Source: Oscillospiraceae bacterium (lineage in GTDB: Bacteria; Bacillota; Clostridia; Oscillospirales; CAG-272). Taken from it: a stretch of DNA of 41,870 nucleotides. Below, in pieces: positions 15,809 to 25,894 of this stretch. The stretch is taken from contig SVRH01000002.1 of the NCBI GenBank assembly GCA_015064925.1, positions 1-41,870 of the forward strand, read 5' to 3'. Under the pieces are notes generated by a model, which had not been told where the DNA came from, searched no databases, and saw only the letters and a list, made by a program, of their open reading frames with translations. Each line of letters opens with the position of its first letter. Position 1 is the stretch's first letter. The translations under genes were made by a program, and so were the position numbers.

Positions 15809-17650
15809 TCAGTTATTGATGATGTTGCCGTTTTCGTAGACAACAGTTACTGTCTTTCCGTATACGGTCACACCTCCGCCGGTGACAGCGGTGGGTGTTA
15901 CTTCAAATGTAAATCTTCCCTCAGTGGGAACACCTGTGATCGCATATCCGAACAGGTACGAAAAATCTTCGATCAAATGTGCGCCTGTTTCCTCGGAAAC
16001 CGAGCCAACAGTAGTGACAACAGGCTTCATTGTGCCGTTCACTGCACCTCTGAAGGTTTTGTAAACGCTTGTAGCCGCCTTGCTATAGGTCTTATCGGTT
16101 TCTACCACGTGCACAGAAAAGTCGACGTTTTTGTACTCCAGATCGGAAACGCCACCGATGAAACGGATACCGTTATCGCCCTTCTGTTCGCCAACGAGCT
16201 TGATCAGGTTATCGAAGGTTGCTTCGTTATCGTCTGCCCAGGTCTTAATGGTAGCAGATTCATAGCTCTTGATTACAAGGCCTTCGGGAAGAACATACTC
16301 TTCGGTATCTTCCACAAAACAATACAAGAAAGTTTCGCCATAGTCTTCGGTGATCTCAAGATCGGGGGACATGACTGTCAAAGTTTTCAAATTCACACAC
16401 TCGGAAATTGCAAGCTCATGAACAGTTTTCACAGATTCCGGAATGCGAATGTCTGTAACGGTGCTGTTTTCATAGAATACACCATAATATTCATATCGCT
16501 TACCGACCTTCTTTTCTTCGCCGTACAGAGAAACAACGGTATATTCTTTACCGTCAGTACCGATAGTGCCGTCGCCACGGATGGTGGAGGGAATGGTAAC
16601 TTCAGACGCAGATCCGGTATAAAGGATCAGCTCTGCAGTGGCAGCCTCTTCGTCAAGAACCGCCCATTCGTAGGGAAGAACGGTGGAAACAGTGCCGGCC
16701 ACATATTCTTTAACAAACAGCGGAACGGTTTCGGTGGCATCCTCACCGTATGCCTTAAAAGGATCGCTGCCAAAAGGAGTTACAACAAAGGTATCGTCGT
16801 CATCCAGAGGAGTCACAACGGTAAACACCAGTTCAAAGATCCGGAAGTCATCGGTAGGTGCTACTGCATTTTCAAAGCCACCTGCAAAGCCGAGGCTAAA
16901 GGATCTTGCCACGGGGAGCACCGTAACATAAGACTCATTATTGCCCTTGATAGCAAATTCCTTGCTGGCATAGGGATCGATCTCTACCTTATCGGCTGCT
17001 GTTCCGCTTATCGAGAAGGAAAGCTGCGTACAGGAAGCAAGCTTACCGTTGCTGGCGCTGATCATCACAGGCACGCGAATGGTCTTATCACCCACATAAG
17101 CCACAGTGTCGGCCACGCTGACGGTCACGGGATCATAGCGGGTAACATACAGCTTTGCACCCTCGAAGGACACATTTCCGCTGGCGGAGGTGCCGTCTTC
17201 CCAACGCAGAACTTCACTAAAATCTGCGGATACAGAAAGAGACAAATCGTAGACATCTCCGTCCTTGGCGTCCTCGGGAATAGTCACTTTGATGGTAAAA
17301 TACGTTTCGGGGGTGAAGCTTCCCACTCCACACGCAAAACTGAACGAACCATTATCGTTTACAACGCCTGCGCCGCCCCCCTCAGGCATAGGGGTTGCGG
17401 AAATGGCAGTGGTTTGGTTTATCGCTGCTTCGCCGGCAGATATAGTCGCCTGGAACTGCTGAATATTCTTTCCGTTTGTGTTCTTAAAGCCGACCTTTAC
17501 AGCAACCGTTTCACCGGGCTTGCCGTACACGTCCTCCATGACGTAGATCGTCGGCGTAGTATCCTCTGCGGTAGCTGTCAGCGCCGTTGCGGGCACGCAG
17601 GCAAGCACCATCAGAAGAGTTAGCACAAATGAGAGTATGCGTTTTCTCAT
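15809..17650 (-). CDS. secreted multidomain surface protein (cohesin-like modules plus BspA-type LRR region plus C-terminal domain shared with 34887..36770)
   Basis: MRKRILSFVLTLLMVLACVPATALTATA-EDT is a signal peptide. IYVMEDVYGKPGETVAVKVGFKN..FQATIS and VTVSVADTVAYVGDKTIRVPVMISA look cohesin-like. EVTIPSTI..IRIPESVKTVHELAISECVNLKTLTV looks like LRR_5. Domain names are tentative. Confidence 0.75.
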   Translation of the reverse strand: MRKRILSFVLTLLMVLACVPATALTATAEDTTPTIYVMEDVYGKPGETVAVKVGFKNTNGKNIQQFQATISAGEAAINQTTAISATPMPEGGGAGVVNDNGSFSFACGVGSFTPETYFTIKVTIPEDAKDGDVYDLSLSVSADFSEVLRWEDGTSASGNVSFEGAKLYVTRYDPVTVSVADTVAYVGDKTIRVPVMISASNGKLASCTQLSFSISGTAADKVEIDPYASKEFAIKGNNESYVTVLPVARSFSLGFAGGFENAVAPTDDFRIFELVFTVVTPLDDDDTFVVTPFGSDPFKAYGEDATETVPLFVKEYVAGTVSTVLPYEWAVLDEEAATAELILYTGSASEVTIPSTIRGDGTIGTDGKEYTVVSLYGEEKKVGKRYEYYGVFYENSTVTDIRIPESVKTVHELAISECVNLKTLTVMSPDLEITEDYGETFLYCFVEDTEEYVLPEGLVIKSYESATIKTWADDNEATFDNLIKLVGEQKGDNGIRFIGGVSDLEYKNVDFSVHVVETDKTYSKAATSVYKTFRGAVNGTMKPVVTTVGSVSEETGAHLIEDFSYLFGYAITGVPTEGRFTFEVTPTAVTGGGVTVYGKTVTVVYENGNIINN

Positions 17651-17688
17651 ACGTTACCATCCTTACTGTAAATTCACACAAGTACCCT

Positions 17689-17700
17689 AGTGTATACACT
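17689..17700. promoter_or_regulatory. perfect 12-bp palindrome at the predicted transcription start of the surface-protein operon
   Basis: AGTGTATACACT, located 4-15 nt downstream of the -10 hexamer at 17704-17709 (minus strand). Confidence 0.3.
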
Positions 17701-17703
17701 GTG

Positions 17704-17732
17704 ATTATATCACGCGAAATTTGCCGTGTCAA
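17704..17732 (-). promoter_or_regulatory. consensus sigma-A promoter of the surface-protein/micro-ORF unit
   Basis: Minus strand reads TTGACA (17727-17732), a 17-nt spacer, then TGA-TATAAT (-10 at 17704-17709). Confidence 0.65.
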
Positions 17733-17795
17733 GAGTAATAATTATATTTTTTCTGAATTTTTGCATTTTTACCGATAAAAAAGGGAGTTAGGGAT

Positions 17796-17833
17796 ACAAA
17801 ACAAAAGAGCTGCCGCAGCTTGCGACAGCTCTT
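17796..17833 (-). terminator. rho-independent terminator ending the alpha operon after rplQ
   Basis: AAGAGCTG...CAGCTCTT stem (17805-17833), followed on the minus strand by TTGTTTTG. Confidence 0.75.
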
Positions 17834-17840
17834 ATTCTAC

Positions 17841-18224
17841 TTATTCAGCCTTTTCGTCCTTCTTGGCTTCGGTCTTTTCCTCACCAATCAGCTTGATCAG
17901 TGCCATTTCGGCACCGTCGCCACGACGGGGACCCAGCTTGTAGATGGTGGTGTAACCACCGTTTCTATCAGCGTATTCGGGTGCGATGGTGGAGAACAGC
18001 TTGGTGACAACGTCTTCCTTGGTGATAAAGGCCAGCGCCTGGCGGCGGGCAGCAAGAGTATTCTTCTTGCCAAGTGTGATCATTTTCTCGGTGAGTGCGC
18101 GCACTTCCTTAGCTCTGGTGAGAGTGGTCTCGATGGAACCGTTCTCCAGAAGGAATGTTACCATGCCTCTGAGCATCAGGTTTCTGTGTGCCGTCGGTCT
18201 GCCGAGTTTTCTGGTTCCGGGCAT
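17841..18224 (-). CDS. rplQ: 50S ribosomal protein L17
   Basis: [21 protein letters not shown].. Follows rpoA. GGAGG RBS. Confidence 0.97.
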   Translation of the reverse strand: MPGTRKLGRPTAHRNLMLRGMVTFLLENGSIETTLTRAKEVRALTEKMITLGKKNTLAARRQALAFITKEDVVTKLFSTIAPEYADRNGGYTTIYKLGPRRGDGAEMALIKLIGEEKTEAKKDEKAE

Positions 18225-18258
18225 TTCAGGTACCTCCTAATCAATTAGTGCTTGGAAG

Positions 18259-19209
18259 TCAGTCCTCTTCACGCTTGAGATCCAGTCCCAAGCTGTGAAG
18301 CTTCTGAATGACTTCTTCCAAAGATTTCTTACCGAGGTTTCTGACCTTGATCATATCCGATTCGGTCTTCTTGGTCAGATCCTCAACTGTGTCAATGCCT
18401 GCACGCTTCAAGCAGTTGAAGCTTCTTACAGACATGTCAAGCTCCTCAATAGTCATCTCCAGGACTTTTTCCTTGATGGTTTCCTGACTTTCAACCATAA
18501 ACTCTGTTCTTCTCGCATCGTCTGTGAGATTTACAAACAGATTGAAATGCTCATTGAGAATCTTGGCGCCGAGAGATATTGCCTCTTTGGCGGAAATGGT
18601 TCCGTTGGTCAATACCTCAAAAGTCAGCTTATCGTAATCAGTGATATTGCCCACACGAGTGTTCTCCACACGGTAGTTCACATTGTACACAGGAGTGTAG
18701 ATGGAGTCGGTGTAGATCACACCGATGGCAGACTGATTGTTCTGCTTGTTCTTATCCTGAGATACGTAACCACGTCCGTGGTCAAAGGTGAGCTCCATGT
18801 AGAAATGTGTGCCATCGGAAAGAGTGGCAAGGTGATGGTCGGGATTCAGGATCTCGATCTCACTGTCGGGCTTGATACTGCCTGCGGTTACCTCGCAGGG
18901 TCCGACCATGTCGATGACAACGGTCTTTCTGCCTTCGCTATACAGCTTGGCAACAATGCCCTTCACGTTCAGAACGATCGCAGTTACATCTTCCTTGACG
19001 CCGGGGATGGTAGAGATCTCGTGGAATACTCCGTCGATCTTGATGCTCACCACGGCTACACCGGGAAGAGAACTGAGAAGGACTCTGCGCAGCGAGTTTC
19101 CGAGGGTGGTTCCGTATCCGCGTTCCAGAGGCTCCACGACGAATACGCCGTGCTTACCGTCTTCGCTCAGATCTTCCGAAACTATATTGGGCTTCTCTAT
19201 CTCAATCAT
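18259..19209 (-). CDS. rpoA: DNA-directed RNA polymerase subunit alpha
   Basis: 316 aa: MIEIEKPNI...[27 protein letters not shown]. Confidence 0.97.
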   Translation of the reverse strand: MIEIEKPNIVSEDLSEDGKHGVFVVEPLERGYGTTLGNSLRRVLLSSLPGVAVVSIKIDGVFHEISTIPGVKEDVTAIVLNVKGIVAKLYSEGRKTVVIDMVGPCEVTAGSIKPDSEIEILNPDHHLATLSDGTHFYMELTFDHGRGYVSQDKNKQNNQSAIGVIYTDSIYTPVYNVNYRVENTRVGNITDYDKLTFEVLTNGTISAKEAISLGAKILNEHFNLFVNLTDDARRTEFMVESQETIKEKVLEMTIEELDMSVRSFNCLKRAGIDTVEDLTKKTESDMIKVRNLGKKSLEEVIQKLHSLGLDLKREED

Positions 19210-19299
19210 TCAATAGTTCCTCCTTATAAATTTACGCATAACTGCAGGGATTGCTGTTTTCGTACGACAATCTTAGGTATTGTCGATAGAAGGGAGGGA

Positions 19300-19926
19300 T
19301 TACTTCGAGTACAACTCGACGATAAGCTGTTCCTGGAAATCGAAGTCGATGTCGCTTCTCTCAGGAATAGCAACCACCTTTGCGGTGAGGTTTTCCTTAT
19401 CTACTTCCAGCCACTTGGGTGCCTTGTTGGTCTGTACCTTTTCGATCAGTTCCTTGATCTTTGCGGACTGCTTGCTCTCTTCACGAACAGACAGTACATC
19501 GCCGACCTTCAGGATGATAGAGGGTACGGATACCTTCTTGCCGTTCAGTCTTACGTGAGCGTGCAGAACCAGCTGACGAGCTTCCTTGCGGCTCTCTGCC
19601 AGACCCATTCTGTACACGGTGTTGTCAAGACGACGCTCCAGCAAGCTCAGCAGGTTTTCACCGGTTACGCCTGCGGTCTTTTCAGCCTTGGTGAAGTAGG
19701 TTCTGAACTGCTTCTCAGCTACGCCGTAGTATCTCTTAGCAGTCTGCTTTGCACGCAGCTGCATGCCGTATTCCTTCAGCTTCTTGTTTGCTGCGCCGTG
19801 CTGGCCGGGTGCTGCACCTCTACGGTCAACAGCGCACTTGCCGGTCAGGCAACGTTCGCCCTTCAGATACAGCTTCTTGCCTTCTCTGCGGCAGAGTCTG
19901 CATGCGGGACCTGTATATCTAGCCAT
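19300..19926 (-). CDS. rpsD: 30S ribosomal protein S4 (Zn-ribbon type N-terminus)
   Basis: MARYTGPACRLCRREGKKLYLKGERCLTGKCA... Confidence 0.97.
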   Translation of the reverse strand: MARYTGPACRLCRREGKKLYLKGERCLTGKCAVDRRGAAPGQHGAANKKLKEYGMQLRAKQTAKRYYGVAEKQFRTYFTKAEKTAGVTGENLLSLLERRLDNTVYRMGLAESRKEARQLVLHAHVRLNGKKVSVPSIILKVGDVLSVREESKQSAKIKELIEKVQTNKAPKWLEVDKENLTAKVVAIPERSDIDFDFQEQLIVELYSK

Positions 19927-19950
19927 TTCTAGTTCCTCCTTGTAATTTGA

Positions 19951-20346
19951 TCAGACACGTCTACGCTTAGGCGGTCTGCATCCGTTGTGAGGGATGGGGG
20001 TTACGTCCTTGATCATGGTCACTTCCAGACCTGCGGTCTGCAGTGCGCGAATCGCGGATTCTCTTCCGGGTCCGGGACCCTTTACATAGACTTCAACAGT
20101 CTTCATGCCCTGATCAGCAGCCAGCTTGCCTGCGGTTTCAGCAGCAGTCTGAGCGGCAAAGGGAGTAGACTTTCTGGAGCCCTTAAAGCCCATTTCACCG
20201 GCAGACGCCCACGATACTGCATTACCGTTCAGATCGGTAATGGTAACAATGGTGTTGTTGTAGGTAGAACGGATATGTGCTGCGCCTTTTTCAACGTTCT
20301 TTTTCTCGCGGCGCTTTCTGACTACCTTCTTTGTTGTCTTAGCCAT
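19951..20346 (-). CDS. rpsK: 30S ribosomal protein S11
   Basis: ..[30 protein letters not shown].. Confidence 0.97.
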   Translation of the reverse strand: MAKTTKKVVRKRREKKNVEKGAAHIRSTYNNTIVTITDLNGNAVSWASAGEMGFKGSRKSTPFAAQTAAETAGKLAADQGMKTVEVYVKGPGPGRESAIRALQTAGLEVTMIKDVTPIPHNGCRPPKRRRV

Positions 20347-20365
20347 TTTTTCTCGCTCCTTTACC

Positions 20366-20734
20366 TTATTTCTTCTTGTTAGCGATGGTCTTTGCGGGAC
20401 CTTTTCTGGTTCTTGCGTTGGTCTTGGTTCTCTGACCTCTTACCGGCAGACCCTTTCTGTGACGGATACCGCGGTAGCAGTTAATTTCTACCATTCTCTT
20501 GATATCCAGTGCAACGTCACGACGGAGGTCACCTTCTACTGTGTAATGAGCTTCGATCTCATCACGGATCTTCGCTACGTCCTCATCGGTCAGATCCTTT
20601 GCGCGCTTGTCGGGGTCAATTCCGGTTCTTGCCAGAATATCGTTAGCGCTCTTTCTGCCGATACCGTAGATATAGGTCAGTGCGATTTCGATTCTTTTCG
20701 AGTTGGGAATATCTACACCTGCTATACGAGCCAT
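20366..20734 (-). CDS. rpsM: 30S ribosomal protein S13
   Basis: [26 protein letters not shown].. Confidence 0.97.
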   Translation of the reverse strand: MARIAGVDIPNSKRIEIALTYIYGIGRKSANDILARTGIDPDKRAKDLTDEDVAKIRDEIEAHYTVEGDLRRDVALDIKRMVEINCYRGIRHRKGLPVRGQRTKTNARTRKGPAKTIANKKK

Positions 20735-20798
20735 TCTGTAATATCACTCCTTATTTTGGAATAGGTACTGTCGTACCGTCATGTTTTCGGTCTTGCGA

Positions 20799-20912
20799 TT
20801 AGCCCTGCTTCTGCTTGTGCTTGGGGTTTTCGCAAATAACCATTACTTTACCTTTACGCTTAATGATCTTGCACTTTTCGCAGATCTTCTTAACCGAGGG
20901 TTTAACCTTCAT
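20799..20912 (-). CDS. rpmJ: 50S ribosomal protein L36
   Basis: Not in the ORF track (37 aa). My translation is [37 protein letters not shown]. Confidence 0.95.
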   Translation of the reverse strand: MKVKPSVKKICEKCKIIKRKGKVMVICENPKHKQKQG

Positions 20913-20968
20913 AGTTTTACACCAGCCCTTTCTTTCGTGGTGGTATTTCTTCGGTAGAACCGAAGTCC

Positions 20969-21208
20969 TTATTTACCGCGCCAGACGATACGGCCCTTGG
21001 TCAGGTCGTAAACCGACACCTCAACCGTTACCGTGTCACCCGGCAGTATCCAGATATAATTCATACGAAGCTTGCCCGAAATATGTGCGGTCACCATGTG
21101 GCCGTTGGGCAGCTTGACTTTGAAGGTGGCATTGGGAAGTGCTTCCACGACCGTGCCTTCAAATTCAATAACGTCATCCTTTGGCAGAACAATCCCTCCT
21201 ACTCTCAT
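20969..21208 (-). CDS. infA: translation initiation factor IF-1 (start codon uncertain)
   Basis: ..[70 protein letters not shown]. The track ATG at 21208 has no SD, and a GGAGGG lies inside codons 4-5. The canonical 72-aa length would start at the CTG at 21185-21187. Confidence 0.9.
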   Translation of the reverse strand: MRVGGIVLPKDDVIEFEGTVVEALPNATFKVKLPNGHMVTAHISGKLRMNYIWILPGDTVTVEVSVYDLTKGRIVWRGK

Positions 21209-21461
21209 TCATCTCTTGACGGGCGATCGCCGCTCTGATCGCAGAATCACTCAGATTGCCTTCGTTGATCGCGGTCATCAGCGCATCGTCCCGGTGGGAG
21301 AGGAACTTTATATGCTTTAACTTTTTCGCTTTGGGCTTTTCCACCCTTCGTGTCTTACCGTCACAGAGATAGACAATGCCCTTCTCTGCGTCGCTTGCCA
21401 CGATCACATGAACCCGCCCTTTGTCTCTTCCGGAGAGCGACAACACAAACTGTCCCGTCAT
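21174..21461 (-). CDS. small KOW-domain protein (conserved map-infA spacer gene in Clostridia)
   Basis: [51 protein letters not shown].. is KOW-like (G-x-DKG). The call rests on position and motif only. Confidence 0.6.
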   Translation of the reverse strand: MTGQFVLSLSGRDKGRVHVIVASDAEKGIVYLCDGKTRRVEKPKAKKLKHIKFLSHRDDALMTAINEGNLSDSAIRAAIARQEMNESRRDCSAKG

Positions 21462-21471
21462 GTTGCCTCCG

Positions 21472-22224
21472 TCAATCGACCTTTGTCAAAAGGATCGGTC
21501 CGTCATCGGTCAGTGCCACGGTGTGCTCGTAGTGAGCAGCCATACTGCCGTCGACGGTCACGACCGTCCATTTGTCGGACAGAACACGCACCTTTGCCGA
21601 GCCCGCGCACACCATCGGCTCAATGGCGATGGTCATGCCGGGGCGTAGGCGAAATCCGTGTCCCGGAACTCCATAGTTTGGCACATTCGGATCTTCATGC
21701 AGCTCGCTGCCGATCCCGTGACCCACAAATTCGCGAACCACACTGAATCCACAGCTAGTAACATGCCCTTCGATCGCTGCACCCACGTCGCCGAGTCTTG
21801 CGGTAGCCGTTACCATCTCCAGCCCCTTATAGAAGCTTTCCTTGGTTGCCTCCACCAACGCCTTGGTTTCGGGGGCTACGTTACCCACAAGAAAGGTATT
21901 TGCGCTATCACCGTGATAACCGCGGTAGAACGCACCCACGTCGATCTTCACAATGTCGCCGTCCTGTAAAATACGGCTCGCAGAGGGAATGCCGTGGATC
22001 ACCTCTTCGTTGATGCTGATGCACGCCGATCCGGGAAATCCGCCATATCCGAGGAAGCTGGGCTTTGCTCCCTGCTTCTCTATATAATGACGCACAATGT
22101 CATCCAAATACTTCGTGCTGACCCCTGCTTTGACGTGTTCGCCGGCAAGCGCGAGCGCTTCGCCCGTGATCCTGCCCGCTTCCTTCATCGCCTGGATCTG
22201 CGCACTGGTTTTTAATCGGATCAT
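21472..22224 (-). CDS. map: type I methionine aminopeptidase
   Basis: 250 aa: ..NEEVIHGIPS..GDIVKIDVGA..GYHGDSA.., FVGHGIG..HE.., AIEPM.. Confidence 0.95.
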   Translation of the reverse strand: MIRLKTSAQIQAMKEAGRITGEALALAGEHVKAGVSTKYLDDIVRHYIEKQGAKPSFLGYGGFPGSACISINEEVIHGIPSASRILQDGDIVKIDVGAFYRGYHGDSANTFLVGNVAPETKALVEATKESFYKGLEMVTATARLGDVGAAIEGHVTSCGFSVVREFVGHGIGSELHEDPNVPNYGVPGHGFRLRPGMTIAIEPMVCAGSAKVRVLSDKWTVVTVDGSMAAHYEHTVALTDDGPILLTKVD

Positions 22225-22227
22225 TGC

Positions 22228-22869
22228 TTATTTGCCTTCGCTGTCGATCACGCCGTATACCAACGCAGAGATCTCGTCCACGCTGCCGACGCCTTCGATC
22301 AGCTTCAGTTTACCGGTTCCGGCATAATAATCCTTGATCGGTTCGGTCTGGGTATGGTAGGTCATCAGACGATCCTTGACCACTTCGGGCTGGTCGTCTC
22401 TGCGCAGGGTCAGCGCAGTTCCGTCCTTGTCACAGGTCTTACCGTCCGCAGAGGGATTGTAAAGAACGTGATAGGAGGCTCCGCACTTGTCGCAGACACG
22501 TCTGCCGCTCATGCGTTCAACGATGGTCTCATCGCTGACCTCCAGGCTGATCACAAGGTCGATGCGGACGCCCATTGCGTCCAGCGCCTGTGCCTGGGGA
22601 ACCGTTCTGGGGAAACCGTCGAGGATGAAGCCGTTTTGGCAATCATCTTCAACCAGTCTTTCTTTGATGATACCGATGACTACTTCATCGGGAACGAGTG
22701 CTCCCGCATCGGTATACTGTTTGGCGGCAAGTCCCATGGGAGAGCCGTTCTTAATGGCAGCACGGATGATCGCACCGGTGGAGATGGCGGGAATGCCATA
22801 CTTGGCACTGACCTTTTCAGCCTGAGTGCCCTTGCCGGCGCCGGGTGCGCCAAGAAAAATAATGTTCAT
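22228..22869 (-). CDS. adk: adenylate kinase (Cys3-Asp lid)
   Basis: MNIIFLGAPGAGKGTQA.. P-loop. Lid is CDKCGASYH..GKTCDKDG. Confidence 0.96.
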   Translation of the reverse strand: MNIIFLGAPGAGKGTQAEKVSAKYGIPAISTGAIIRAAIKNGSPMGLAAKQYTDAGALVPDEVVIGIIKERLVEDDCQNGFILDGFPRTVPQAQALDAMGVRIDLVISLEVSDETIVERMSGRRVCDKCGASYHVLYNPSADGKTCDKDGTALTLRRDDQPEVVKDRLMTYHTQTEPIKDYYAGTGKLKLIEGVGSVDEISALVYGVIDSEGK

Positions 22870-22931
22870 AGATTTCTCCTCTATTCGTCGGGACCCTTCG
22901 GAGCGCTTATCGCGCTCCGAGCGAGTCTTTT

Positions 22932-24320
22932 TTATTCAAGGAAGCCCTTGAAGTGACGCAGGGTCATCTGAGATTCGATATCGCGTACGGTTTCGAGTGC
23001 AACACCGATTACGATGAGCAGAGAGTTACCGCTGAACGCGAAGTAGGTCAGCGTGTACCAGTCGGTATAGCCGCCGGCGTTGGTACCGAAGTTGGCACCG
23101 AAGATACCCATGATCATGGGCAGACCGGCTACGATCATCAGGCAGAGAGCGCCGATGAAGGTGATCTTGGAAAGCACACGGCTGATATAGTCAGAGGTGG
23201 GCTTACCGGGACGGATACCGGGCACAAAGCCGCCGTTCTTGCGCAGGTTGTTGGAAACTTCCACAGGATTGAAAGAGATCGCAATGTAGAAGTAAGCAAA
23301 TGCCAACAGCAGCGCCAAGAATACCAGAGTGTAAGCTACGGTATTCTGAGTGAAGTGATTCTTTACAAGACCCCAGAAGCCGGTGTCCACGTTGCTCTTG
23401 CCTGCGAATGCGGCGATGGTAGCAGGAATGGATACGATGGAGCTTGCGAAGATGATGGGCATAACGCCGGTCATGTTGACCTTCAAGGGAAGGTTAGAGG
23501 ACTGACCGCCGTACATCTTTCTGCCGACCACTCTCTTTGCGTACTGAACGGGAATTCTGCGTTCACTGTCGGACATGAACACCATGAAGGCGATCATGGC
23601 GATGATGAATGCCAGACCCAGCACACCGATGATGGTTCCGACCCACCAGTTGTCCATAGGCATGGTAGCTCCGTTTGCTGCGGTGAGCGTACCGCCGATG
23701 GCACGGAAGATCTTAACCAGGTAAGAGGGGAAGGAGACCAGGATGTTGACGAAGAGGATGATGGAGATACCGTTACCGATACCCTTTTCATTGATCTTTT
23801 CGCCCAGCCACATTACCAGAGATGCACCCGCACAGTAGGAAGCGATGATTACAACAGCGGTAAAGAACTTGTGACCCTTGATAGGCTCTACGAAGTCTGC
23901 GCTCATGTTGGTGAGCATCATGTAGTAACCGATCGCCATGATCAGTGCCAGACCAACCGTTACGAAACGGGTGATTTTCTGGATCTTCTTCTTACCGTCC
24001 TCATCCTTAGACATTCTTTCCAGCGCGGGAATTGCCACGCACAGAAGCTGCATAACGATGGAGGAGGTGATATAGGGGGAGATACCCAGAGCAAACAGAG
24101 TTGCCTGGCTCATGGCATCACCCGAGAGCATGTTCATGAAATCCATAATACCCACGTCAAAGCCGGAGCCGATGACTTCGGGGTTAACGAACGGTACAGG
24201 AACCTGAGAACCAAATCTGAACAGTACGATGATCAGCATGGTAAACAGGATTTTTTTACGAATATCTGCAACCGAGAATACGTTGCGGATGGAGGCGATT
24301 GCCTTCTTAATTCCGGACAC
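22932..24320 (-). CDS. secY: preprotein translocase subunit SecY
   Basis: 462 aa, 10-TM profile, ..LFRFGSQVPVPFVNPE.. GTG start 1 nt after the rplO stop, with GAGGTGA upstream. Confidence 0.95.
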   Translation of the reverse strand: MSGIKKAIASIRNVFSVADIRKKILFTMLIIVLFRFGSQVPVPFVNPEVIGSGFDVGIMDFMNMLSGDAMSQATLFALGISPYITSSIVMQLLCVAIPALERMSKDEDGKKKIQKITRFVTVGLALIMAIGYYMMLTNMSADFVEPIKGHKFFTAVVIIASYCAGASLVMWLGEKINEKGIGNGISIILFVNILVSFPSYLVKIFRAIGGTLTAANGATMPMDNWWVGTIIGVLGLAFIIAMIAFMVFMSDSERRIPVQYAKRVVGRKMYGGQSSNLPLKVNMTGVMPIIFASSIVSIPATIAAFAGKSNVDTGFWGLVKNHFTQNTVAYTLVFLALLLAFAYFYIAISFNPVEVSNNLRKNGGFVPGIRPGKPTSDYISRVLSKITFIGALCLMIVAGLPMIMGIFGANFGTNAGGYTDWYTLTYFAFSGNSLLIVIGVALETVRDIESQMTLRHFKGFLE

Positions 24321-24321
24321 C

Positions 24322-24762
24322 TCAGATCACCTCGGTCTTTCCACCGGCCGCTTCAATCTTTTCCTTAGCGGAGGCAGAAAAGACCTTTGCCTGGACGGTA
24401 AGCTTCTTGGTGATTTCACCGCGACCGAGTACCTTCAGTCCGCACAGTTCACGACGGATGATGCCGGCCTCTACCAGAGTTTCCAGGCTGACTACTGCGT
24501 TGTCTTCAAAACCGTTGAGCTGATCCAGGTTGACGATCGCGTAGGTGGTTGCAAATTTGTTGTGGAAACCTCTCTTAGGAAGTTTTCTGTAAAGCGGGAT
24601 CTGACCGCCTTCAAAACCGGGGCGCACACCGCCGCCGGAACGGGCATTCTGACCCTTGTGACCCTTACCGGCAGTCTTGCCGTTACCGGAGCCGGGGCCT
24701 CTGCCCTTACGCCAAGCGGGTGCTGTAGAGCCTTCCGCCGGTTTCAGTTCATGGAGCTTCAT
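24322..24762 (-). CDS. rplO: 50S ribosomal protein L15
   Basis: [33 protein letters not shown].. Confidence 0.97.
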   Translation of the reverse strand: MKLHELKPAEGSTAPAWRKGRGPGSGNGKTAGKGHKGQNARSGGGVRPGFEGGQIPLYRKLPKRGFHNKFATTYAIVNLDQLNGFEDNAVVSLETLVEAGIIRRELCGLKVLGRGEITKKLTVQAKVFSASAKEKIEAAGGKTEVI

Positions 24763-24801
24763 GTGTTTTCCTCCTTTTAACTTTTATCCGGTCAAAGCCT
24801 A

Positions 24802-24981
24802 TCAGCAACCGGTTTTTTCTACCTTGACGAGGTGAGCGATTTTTCTGATCTTGCCGGCAACTGCTGCGTTGTCCTGCTGCACGGTGGAATCACCGATGCG
24901 CAGAAGGCCCAGAGACTTAGCGGTTGCTACCTGTGCGGGAATCGCACCGATCAGGCTGTGTACAAGTGTAATCTTCAACAT
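24802..24981 (-). CDS. rpmD: 50S ribosomal protein L30
   Basis: Not in the ORF track (59 aa). My translation is [59 protein letters not shown]. Confidence 0.93.
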   Translation of the reverse strand: MLKITLVHSLIGAIPAQVATAKSLGLLRIGDSTVQQDNAAVAGKIRKIAHLVKVEKTGC

Positions 24982-24995
24982 TGTGCTCGCCCTCC

Positions 24996-25499
24996 TCAGT
25001 TCTTCACTTCTGCTGCGCTCTTGCCGCGGATCGCTGCAACTTCTTCAGCGGTACGCAGAGCTCTCAGACCCTCGAAGGTTGCCTTGACAACGTTTGTAGG
25101 GTTGCTGGAACGCAGGCACTTGGTACGGATATTCTTGATACCTACCATCTCCAGTACGGCACGTACGGTACCGCCGGCGATGATACCGGTACCTTCTGCG
25201 GCGGGCTTCAGCAGAACCTTACCTGCGCCGTAAATACCGGTTACCTCGTGAGGAATGGTGTCACCCTTCAGGGAGACTTCGATCATATTTTTCTTAGCAT
25301 CTTCGATGCCCTTGCGGATAGCGTCCGGTACTTCTGCCGCTTTTCCAAGTCCGTATCCAACGTGGCCATTTCCGTCACCTACGATCATGATCGCGGTGAA
25401 GCGGGCAATACGACCACCCTTAACGGTTTTGGAAACACGGTTGATTACGACGAGCTTTTCCTGAAGTTCAAGCTCTGCCGGATTAAAATTCTTAGCCAT
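24996..25499 (-). CDS. rpsE: 30S ribosomal protein S5
   Basis: ..[38 protein letters not shown].. Confidence 0.97.
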   Translation of the reverse strand: MAKNFNPAELELQEKLVVINRVSKTVKGGRIARFTAIMIVGDGNGHVGYGLGKAAEVPDAIRKGIEDAKKNMIEVSLKGDTIPHEVTGIYGAGKVLLKPAAEGTGIIAGGTVRAVLEMVGIKNIRTKCLRSSNPTNVVKATFEGLRALRTAEEVAAIRGKSAAEVKN

Positions 25500-25516
25500 G
25501 TTAACCTCCTATTAGA

Positions 25517-25876
25517 TCAGAACTTGAGTCCGCCTTCACGTGCGCCTTCAGCCAAAGAGCTGACACGTCCGTGATACAGGTAGCCGCCGCGGTCGAATAC
25601 GACCTCGGTAATGCCGTTTGCCAGAGCACGCTCAGCGATGAGCGCACCAATCTTCTTTGCAGCTTCTTTGTTGCTGCCGATTCCGGTAAAACCGCTCTCC
25701 TGAGTGGTTGCGGAAACCAGAGTTACGCCCTTCACGTCATCGATGACCTGAGCGCTGATATGTCTCGCGGAACGATACACACAAAGACGAGGTCTTTCTG
25801 CGGTGCCGGAGATCTTGCCTCTGACTCTCTTATGCTTCTTAACGCGTGCAGCGTTAGAATCTTTTCTCGATACCAT
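25517..25876 (-). CDS. rplR: 50S ribosomal protein L18
   Basis: ..[20 protein letters not shown].., ..[12 protein letters not shown].. Confidence 0.97.
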   Translation of the reverse strand: MVSRKDSNAARVKKHKRVRGKISGTAERPRLCVYRSARHISAQVIDDVKGVTLVSATTQESGFTGIGSNKEAAKKIGALIAERALANGITEVVFDRGGYLYHGRVSSLAEGAREGGLKF

Positions 25877-25894
25877 GCAATCCCACTCCTTTCG

